A DNA stretch of 64,000 nt. Origin: the human T2T-CHM13v2.0 reference genome, Homo sapiens. A model generated the notes under the pieces. The model was not told the origin of the DNA, did not search any database, and saw nothing but the letters and a program-made list of their open reading frames with translations. The translations under genes were made by a program, and so were the position numbers. Location of the stretch: assembly GCF_009914755.1 (NCBI RefSeq), contig NC_060929.1. One strand, written 5' to 3'. Every line of letters begins with the position of its first letter. Positions within the stretch are counted from its first letter, which is position 1. This document shows positions 53,973-64,000 of the stretch, piece by piece.

Positions 53973-54035
53973 AGCCGCGTGCAGTGGCTCATACCTGTAT
54001 TCCTAGCATTTTGGGAAGCTGAGGCAGGATTGTTT
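53973..54035 (+). mobile_element. Alu 5' fragment abutting LTR12
   Basis: First ~60 nt of an Alu, ending at the LTR terminus. Confidence 0.8.
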
Positions 54036-55030
54036 TGTGTCCAGAATTGGTGGGTTCTTGGTCTCGCTGACTTCAAGAATGAAGCCGTGGACCCTCGCGG
54101 TGAGTGTTACAGTTCTTAAAGATGGTGTGTCTGGAGTTTCTTCCTTCAGATGTTCAGATGTGTCCGGAGTTTCTTCCTTCTGGTGGGTTCGTGATCTCAC
54201 TGGTTTCAGGAGTGAAGCTGCAGACCTTCTCGGTGAATGTTACAGCTCATAAAGGCGGCGCAGACCCAAAGAGTGAGCAGCAGCAAGATTTATTGTGAAG
54301 AGCCAAAGAACAAAGCTTCCACACCGTGGAAGAGGACCTGAACACGTTGCCGCTGCTGGCTCTGGCAGCCTGCTTTTACTCCCTTATCTGACTCCACCCA
54401 CATCCTGCTGATTGGTCCATTTTACAGAGCTGATTGGTCCATTTTGACAGGGTGCTGATTGGTGCATTTACAAACCTTTAGCTAGACACAGAGTGCTGAT
54501 TGGTGCATTTACAATCCTTTAGTTAGACAGAAAAGTTCTCCAAGTCCCCACCCAATTAGCTAGACACAGAGTGCTGATTGGTGAGTTTACAATCTTTTAG
54601 CTAGACAGAAAAGTTCTCCAAGTCCCCACCTGTCCCAGAAGCTCAGCTGGCTTCACCTGTCACTGGCACTTGCTGCGGGACTCTGCAGCACCCAGCCTGG
54701 GCACTCCGGCAGCCCAGAGGGAGCTTGTCCCCTAATTAAGCCCAGCAGGCAGTGGCTGGCCATGCTGAATGTGAGGCCTGCTAAGCCCATGCCCACCCAG
54801 AATGTGTGCTGGCCCACAAGCACCGAATGCAGCCCCGGCTCCTGCCCACGCCTCTCCCTCCATACCTACCTGCGAGCAGAGGGAGCCGGCTCTGGCCTTG
54901 GCCAGCCCCAGAGAGGGGCCTCACAGTGCAGCTGCAGGCTGAAGGGCTCCTCAAGTGTGGCCAGAGTGGACACTGAGGCCGAGGAAGCACCGAGAGTGAG
55001 CGAGGGCTGCTGGCATGTTGGCACCTCTCA
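54036..55030 (-). mobile_element. LTR12-family 3' LTR
   Basis: Minus strand begins TGAGAGGTG (55030) directly after the polypurine tract AGAGGGGAAAG (55031-55041) and ends GAACCCACCAATTCTGGACACA (54036). Carries tandem CCAAT repeats. Confidence 0.93.
54370..54585 (-). promoter_or_regulatory. LTR12 U3 promoter/enhancer: CCAAT (NF-Y) array plus GATA site
   Basis: ATTGG at 54411, 54433, 54458, 54499 and 54577. CTTATCT (GATA) at 54383-54389. The TATA-equivalent reads AGTAAAA at 54374-54380. Confidence 0.7.
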
Positions 55031-55089
55031 CTTTCCCCTCTAAACAGGACACCCCAACTGCTGTTGGGAATTTGGCTGATGACCACTCT

Positions 55090-55960
55090 AGCTACTTCCT
55101 GCTGGATAGGTGTGAAGAAGGGGCCCTGCAGTTGTAGTGTCCTCCAGAGAGGAGCTCTCTTGGCCAGTGAAAGGGCCAGTGGGTCAGTCCAGGAGTCCTC
55201 GGTAGAAGTTGTTAGTTGAACTCATTTGGAGTTCCGTTTGTAAGACCATCTGTAGCTTGATGGCGTCAATTCTAGAGGAAACAAATTTGACAAGGAGGTT
55301 AAAAATACAAAGCCCAAAGGCGAGTAACAGCAAGATGGCTGCCACGGGACCTAGAAAGGGGAGAAGCCATGTTGCCCAACTCCAGAGGTTGGTATAAGAA
55401 TTTGAAAGGCATTGTCTGATTTCAGAAGCCTTTTCCTGTAAATGCCGGGTGGCGTCTTGTACTATCCCTGACAGATTAATGTAAAAACAACACTCTTCCC
55501 CTAAGAAGGTGCAGAGTCCTCCTTTCTCAGCAGTGAGGAGGTCTAGGCCTCAGCAGTTCTGGAGAGTCGCTGCTGCTAAAGAGTCTTTTTGGGATTGTAG
55601 AGTAAGGATAGATTTCGTTATTTCTTGCAAACTGTCTGAAAAATCCTTTGAGAGTGTGTGGTAGTAGGATAATGAAGTAGATAGGCTGGCTATTCCAGTT
55701 CCTGTAGCAGTAGCTATTCCTAACCCTATAAGTAGGGGGTATTAGTTGTATGGCTCTGCACTGACGGACTTGAGCTTTGAGGGGTACTGACAAGGTCTGA
55801 TTTCCTGTGGCAATGTTAATGTTGGGACTTAGAAAGACTAAGATACAGGTGCTGGTCCAGTTAGTGGGAAGGCAGATACAGGTTGACGTTCCACATAAGA
55901 AGAATATGCCTTGGCTGGGTAGACAGAAATTTACCCTGGCTTTTAAAGGAATAGGGTACA
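55090..55960 (-). pseudogene. env: HERV9 env remnant (SU C-terminus plus TM)
   Basis: GIFFLCGTS...RQCR|AIQLIP cleavage region, ISD LQNC*GLDLL (stop at 55550-55552), CX6CC motif CTFLGEECC, and membrane anchor WLLPFLGPVAAILLLLAFG. Confidence 0.88.
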
Positions 55961-55974
55961 CTTTTTTTTCTTTA

Positions 55975-56160
55975 CTGTTTCTATCTCTCTTTCTTTTTCT
56001 TTGACTTCTTCTTTGTCTCTTCCTCTTTCCTTCTCTCTTTGATTTTCTGTCTCTTCCTCTCTGTCTCCATCTCTTTGACTTCCTATTTTTCTCTTTCTCT
56101 CTTTTTCTGTCTTTCTCTCTCTCTCTCTGACTTCCTGTCTCTTTCTCTCTTTCCTTTCTG
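55975..56160. repeat. CT/GA-rich low-complexity tract inside HERV9
   Basis: Pyrimidine-rich (TCTC/TTTC)n between the RNase H and env remnants. Confidence 0.85.
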
Positions 56161-58401
56161 CTGCCTCTGCCAGCTGCTTATGCTGCTGTTCTCCCTTCTT
56201 CCCCTTTTTGATGGCTTTGGCAGTGTAAAACTGCCACCTTCTTCAGTTTTTGCACTGTGTGCAGTAACTCCATGATTTCCTTGTGGTATTTAACGGGGGT
56301 TCCCAGAGGTTATGAACTCCCTCTCTTTCCATATTGCAGCACGGGCATGTAGGATTAGATAAGCATACTTGCTATCTGTATACACATTTATTCTTTTTCC
56401 CTTTCCTGTTTCTAAGACTAAGTGCCACTAGTTCTGCTAACTGGGTACTGGTGCCTGGGGGAAGAGGCTTACTTTCAAGTATGGTTACATCACTAACTAT
56501 GGCATAACCTGCCCTTCATATCCCATTATCCACAAATCAACTTCCATCGGTATATAGGTTAAGGTCAGGATTAGCTAAGGGGACTTCTAAGAGATCATCT
56601 TGGGTGGCATAAGTCTGGACTATAATTCATTGGCAGTCATGCTCAATTGGTTTCCCATCCTCTGGGACAAAAGTGGCAGGGTTGAGGGCCATGCACATAT
56701 GTATTTGAAGCACTGGTTCCTCAAGGAGTAGTGCCTGGTATCTAAGTAGGTGGTTGTCTGATAGCCATAACTTCCTTTGGCACCTAGTATGCCATTGACA
56801 TCATGAGTGGTCCAGACAGTGAGATCCTTTCTTTGTATTATCTTGATAGCCTCTGACACTAAGATGGCCACCACTGCAACTACCCATAAACAGTGAGGCT
56901 AGCCTTTTGCTACTACATCAGTTTCCTTACTTAGGTATGCCACTGATTGTGGGGTTGTCCCACGAGTCTGACTAAGGACTCCAAGAGCTATCCCTGCTCC
57001 CTCTGAGATGTATAAAGAGAAATTTTGTCCTGTGGGAAGGCTTAAAGCTGGAGCTTGTACTAGGGCCTGCTTTATGGTTTTGAAGGCTATTTCTGCCTCT
57101 GGTTCCCATTCTACTAGATGAGTATTTGCTCTCTGGGTTTCCTTGATTAGAGTATAGAGGGGCCTGGCTATCTCGCTGTATCTGGGGATCCATAGTCAGC
57201 AAAAGCCGGTGATTCCAAGGAACCCCCGCAACTGTTTTAATGTTTTAGGGTGAGGATAAGCCAGTATAGGCTGTATTCGCTCCCTGCTGAGGGCACTGAT
57301 TCCTCTGGGTAAGATTAGGCCTAGATATTTGACCTGCTGTAGGCAAACCTGGGCCTTCGACCTAGATACCTTGTACCCTTGATTAGCTAGAAAGTTCAAG
57401 AGATCTAGAGTAGCCTGCTGGCATGAGGCTTCTGAACTGGTAGCCAAAGGTAAATCATCCACATACTGAAGGACCAGAGTGCCTGGACTTGAGAAGTGGC
57501 CTAGATCTTGGGCCAGTGCCTGACCAAACAGGTGAGGGCTATGCCTAAACACCTGGGGCAAGACCTTCCACCTAAGTTGGGATGTGTGGTCTGTGGGATC
57601 CTCAAAGGCAAAGAGAAACCAGGAGTCAGAGTGCAGGGGAATACAGAAGAAGGCATCCTTGAGGTCCAGAACAGAGAACCATTTTGCTTCCTCTGGTATT
57701 TGAGAGAGCAGGGTATAGGGGTTGGGTACAACTGGATATAGAGGAATTTCTGCCTCATTGATGAGTCTAAGATCTTGCACTAGTCTCCACTAACCGTTTG
57801 GTTTTTGTACTCCTAGAATTGGGGTGTTGCAGGGACTGCTGTGTTTCCTTACTAAGCCTTGAGCTTTTAAATGTTTAACAATATCCTGTAAACCTTTATG
57901 AGCTTCAGGCCTTAAGGGATACTGCCTTTGATAAGGAAAAGTGGTGGGGCCTTTTAGCCTGATTTGGACTGGGTGGGCATTTTTTACCCTTCCAAATTGT
58001 CCTTCCAATGCCCAGACTTCAGGGTTGATTCCCTCCTCAAGAAGGGGACAACAAATAGGTAACTTGTTCCCCATATTCATGTAGATAATAGCTCCAGCCT
58101 TGGCTAATATATCCCTCCCTAATAAGGGTGTGGGACTTTCAGGCATAACAAGAAAGGCATGTGAAAATAGCAAAGTCTCCCAATTACAACTGAGGAGGTG
58201 GAAGAAATACCTGGTTACAGGCTGTCCCAGGATTCCTCGGATGGTAATGGACCTTAAGGACAGTCGTCCAGGACAGGAGATTAACACTGAGAAGGCCACG
58301 CCAACGTCCAGGAGGAAGTCAATTTCCTGGCCCTCAATGGTTAAATGTTCCCAGGGCTCAGTGAGAGTGATGACATGAGCTGGCACTTGCTCCGGGCACC
58401 C
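56160..58401 (-). pseudogene. pol: HERV9 pro-pol (protease, RT, RNase H; integrase absent), disabled
   Basis: Protease motif FLLDVGV (degenerate DTG). RT motifs LDLKDAFF, LPQVFRHSP and LQYVDD in ORF 57196-57780. RNase H NLYTDGS and VYTDSKYA near 56370-56560. Contains stops and frameshifts. Confidence 0.9.
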
Positions 58402-59862
58402 TCAGTCCTGTTGTTGGATCAGCTGGTTGGGGGCTTCTGACCCAGAGAACCTTTGGCCTCTGGGGCAGTGCACCTTCCAGTGATTGCCTCAGCATAGCGG
58501 ACATGGACAAAGGGGTGGCTTGTTTCTCACTGGACAATCTTTTTTAAAGTGTCCTAGTAAACCACACTGATAACAAGCCCTACCGGGTGATTGGCCTGCT
58601 CCATTTTCTGTCCTCTCTGAACCACCAAAGTTTGTTTGTCTGAGGGCCATGACTAAGGCTGCGGCCTTTCTCTGATCTCGCTTTTCCTTTTGGGCCTGTT
58701 CCTCTTGGTCCCTATTATAGAACACCAAGGTTGCCAGGTTTAATAATGTCTCCAAATTTTGTTCAGGGCCCAGGGCTTGCTTTTGGAGCTTTCTCCTGAT
58801 ATCTGTGGCTGATTGGGTAATAAACTTATCTTTTAGAATCAATTGACCCTCGAGTGATTCGGGTGACAGGGGAGTATATTTTCTTAAGGCCTCCTGTAGC
58901 CACTCAAGGAAGGCAGAAGGATTTTCTTCCTTTCCCTGAGTTGTGGTGGACATCATTGAATAATTCATGGGCTTTTTCCTAATTCTCCTTAGTCCTTCTA
59001 GAACACAAGTCAACAGATGTTTACGACTCCAATCCCCATGATCTCAGTCAAGGTCCCAGTGGGGACCCATACTGCGGATGGCTTGGTAACTGGTAGGGAA
59101 TTTATCCCTTTCTTTGGCTGTCATTCTATCATTTACTTGGCTAAGATACCAGGCATCTCCAAACTCTCAGGCTGCAGCTAAAGCTGCATTCTTTTCATTA
59201 AAGGCCAGGGTTTGATCTAACAGTAGCATGACATCTCTCCAAGCGAGGTCGAAGGTTTGCCTTAGACCCTGTAGGACATCTATGTACCTATCAGGATCAT
59301 CTGAAAACTTCCCCAGGTCTGCCTTGATCTGCTTTAAATCAGAGAGGGAGAAGGGGACATGTATCCAGGTTGGGCCAAATTCCCCTCCCCCTACAGCTTG
59401 CAAGGGACATAACTGATAGCCTGGGGGTTTTTGTGGTCCTTTGGAGATTTCTTTGCTTGTTTCCTTCTGGGCAGGGGAGATTAGAGGACGCTTATCATTA
59501 ATAAGAAGGGGAGCTATAGGGAGGCTAGGATATGGAGGTATGCTGAGATGTCCTCCTGTGGGAAGTAAATTGCAAGCTTTGCATAGTTGTGTATTCTCCT
59601 TCAGTGAAAAGAAAGCTTGGACATAAGGTATTTCACTCCATTTGCGTTCCCTCTTACAGAAAAGGTTAGGCTGCAGGATAGTATTGCAATTTGTACTTCC
59701 CTCAGGTGGCCATTTTTCCCCTTCAGAGAGAGAATATTGGGGCCAGGCCATAATGCAGGAAAAAATAAGGTGCCTCTTTTTCAGGGTTTGTGGGTCAAAT
59801 TGGTCCCATTGGCTTAGGATGCATTTCAAGGGTGAGCCTGTTGATGCCTGAGTGTTTCCCAT
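58402..59862 (-). pseudogene. gag: HERV9 gag (disabled)
   Basis: MGNTQASTGSPLKCILSQWDQFDPQTLKK from 59862 stays open for 231 aa to a stop at 59167. The MHR-like TQGKEENPSAFLE and NC knuckle CYQCGLLGHFKKDC lie in ORF 58489-59013. Natural gag/pro TGA at 58402-58404. Confidence 0.9.
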
Positions 59863-60600
59863 CTGAAAGACAAAACCGCCTGCGGTTTTGGTTTGTTTTA
59901 TTTCTCCCCCTGCCCAAGAACCTGCAAGGGTCCCTGGACCCTGCTTATTGGAATAGTTGTGCTCACCCACGCAGCAGCAGAAACAACCCCTGCCCAAGAA
60001 CCCGCAACGGTCCCTGGACCCTGCTGATCGGAATAGTTGTGCTCACTGTTGCAGCAGCAGAAACACTAGTTTTCCTCCCAGACCACAAGGAGGACCGAGG
60101 AAGGTCGGATTTAGTGGCCCTTACCAACGCATTCTCGAAAACCTGCACTCTTGCCTGTCCTCCCAGAACACGAAGAGGACTGAGAAAAATCGGATTTAGT
60201 GGCCCTTACTGATGCATTCTCGAAAACCTGTTAGAGTCCTAAGCATTCTCCTCTTAGTATTGGGATCTTACCTGCATCCTATAAAGATGTTATGCCCCAA
60301 AAATGAAGTGGAGGGCCATACCCTGAGTGAGGGAAGGGATCTCCAGAGTTGGAAGAGTGACACCTTTTGTCCTGACTTATATGAATAGGAAGGCTCCCCA
60401 TATGAGGCTCCCCATATCCTAGCTTCAGGAATAGCTTTTGTTAGGCCTGCTAGTCTGAGGAGGGATCCTAAAATTCCAGATAGTCCCCGCTATGACGGGG
60501 CTTTGGGCAAAAATTATGTCTTTCTGATTGGTGAGCCCGGGTACCTAAGAAGGTAACAGAGTCCTGGAGTTTATACTAGAAGTCATTCTTATAGGAGAAA

Positions 60601-61460
<860 letters not shown>

Positions 61461-61509
61461 TTGTTTTTTTCTCCCTGGAAAAGTAAAGCTCCCTGAATCT
61501 TCCTGTGAC

Positions 61510-61694
61510 TATGTATATATAATAGAAAAGAAATACAGTTTACACACACACACATACACACACACACAATTCTCACTGTGAATATATAAATCGCTGAATT
61601 TTCTTTCAACTATATATATAGAAAAGAAATATATGTGTATATACATATATATATACTCCCTGTGAATATATGACCTTTCATTTTAATATATGTA

Positions 61695-61741
<47 letters not shown>

Positions 61742-61750
61742 TTCTTTTTC
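61510..61750. repeat. Compound (CA)n/(TA)n/(TG)n microsatellite cluster
   Basis: CA run 61542-61568, TA runs, TG run 61699-61728. Confidence 0.9.
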
Positions 61751-62908
61751 TCTCTCTGAGCCATTTTCTTCCTTTTTTGGTCAGCAACCACAGAGGCACC
61801 CAGAGATAAATCATGCTGGGAATCCCATTTCCCTTCATCAGGATTAGCCTAGGGTAAGTAGTGTGACCCAACTCCAGATGATAAGATAAAAAGGGAAGTC
61901 TGTTGTGCACCTGGAAAATATTTTTTTTTCCTGAAGAAAAAAAGTAGAGCCTATCAGGCAAAAGCTTTTTTCCTTATGCTTCTACCTTCCTTCTAGGCAT
62001 TAGTGTGAAGACAGAGAGCTTGGCATGGTAGCAGCCATGATGTGTAGGCCTAAGGACTTGCTGCAGAGGGGCTGTCAGAGAGGGTCTGTGTCCTTGATGA
62101 TATCACTGAGCCCCAATCCAGCCCTGGAGCTGCCAGCTTCCAGACTTAAGAAAAAAACAAAAAACATGTTGTTTTTTAGAGCAGTTTTAAATTCACAGCA
62201 AAATTGAGAGGACGATACAGAGGTTTCCCATATACCTCCTGCTTCCAAACGTGTTGGAAAGTCAGAGCCCAACTCCAATCCTCCTTAAGCTCTAATGTGG
62301 GCTCTTCTGCTGGATCTAGAAACCAAATTGACACAAGGCAGATTAACTAGAGAAAAACATACACATTTTATTAGTTTTACTTGTCCATGGGGATCTTCAC
62401 AAGAGAGTAAAGTCCAAAGAAGTAGCCAAAGAAAGATGCTTTTATACTTTTATCATAGGTGGCACAAGATCAGATATAACCAGGTCTATGGGCATTTGTG
62501 TCTTTCTACAAGGTCGGGTTTTCATCGACACTGTCTCAATCATAGGAGCCATGAGCTACATGGAGTTCCCAAGGAGGCAATTCTCCTAGTACTTTTGTTC
62601 ACTCAGCAGTTAGAGCTGCATGCACACGGGCTCAAGCCACTCCACCCGTCAGTCAATATTGCAAACCATACATAATGGTACCCTTAATCAATATATAAAT
62701 GTTACAGATTAAACATTCCACAACAAAGTAGCATTTTACACCAAGAGAACAGGGATAGGAAAAGGATTAACCAACCAGCCCAGGGAGAGTGATATAGACA
62801 AAAAGAATATCCTGGTCTGGCCTGGGAGGTCCATAGGTCTTGCAAGGGAGAAACTTTGAAGTGGGCAGAGCCTTTGGCTGGCAGATCCTGGGTGCTTATC
62901 ACAAGTGA

Positions 62909-63847
<939 letters not shown>

Positions 63848-64000
63848 TTATCAATCAGACAAAACATCTAGTCCCTGTCGGCAAAGTGCATTATGAAATG
63901 TAAGATGGAGTCTTTTTCTAAGATGGAGTTACTTATGTCAAGGTTGCCCTACACAACTTTTTAGACACAAAACAATAAGTTTGAGAAGAAATAACAGGAC

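Noticed and set aside
55527-55961. Syncytin-like functional env
   Set aside because: Most of SU is missing, there is a frameshift after the cleavage site, and a stop lies in the ISD.

Overview
Primate (human-like) genomic DNA, intergenic or deep intronic, with no intact host protein-coding gene visible. The window is dominated by transposable elements, with roughly 55 Alu/FAM/FLAM pieces. It also holds a young 5'-truncated L1PA2/3-type element, older L1PB/L1M and L2/MIR fragments, several solo LTRs (LTR9B-, MER66-, MER83-, MER74-, MLT1-like), and an ERV-L internal relic (pol and dUTPase). DNA transposons include MER1A, MER5 and a Tigger1 with both termini. A minus-strand HERV9/LTR12 provirus has lost its 5' LTR. 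The only gene-derived sequence is a disabled TMEM183A processed pseudogene inserted into the linker of an Alu. I see no evidence for a previously undescribed biological system. The interesting signals are insertion and repair scars (tailless retrocopy, poly(A)-only insertion, micro-inversion, fold-back, collapsed Alu) and LTR-borne regulatory motifs. Repeat subfamily names come from recalled consensus sequences and most repeat boundaries are approximate (about +/-10-30 nt), so both should be confirmed with RepeatMasker/Dfam.
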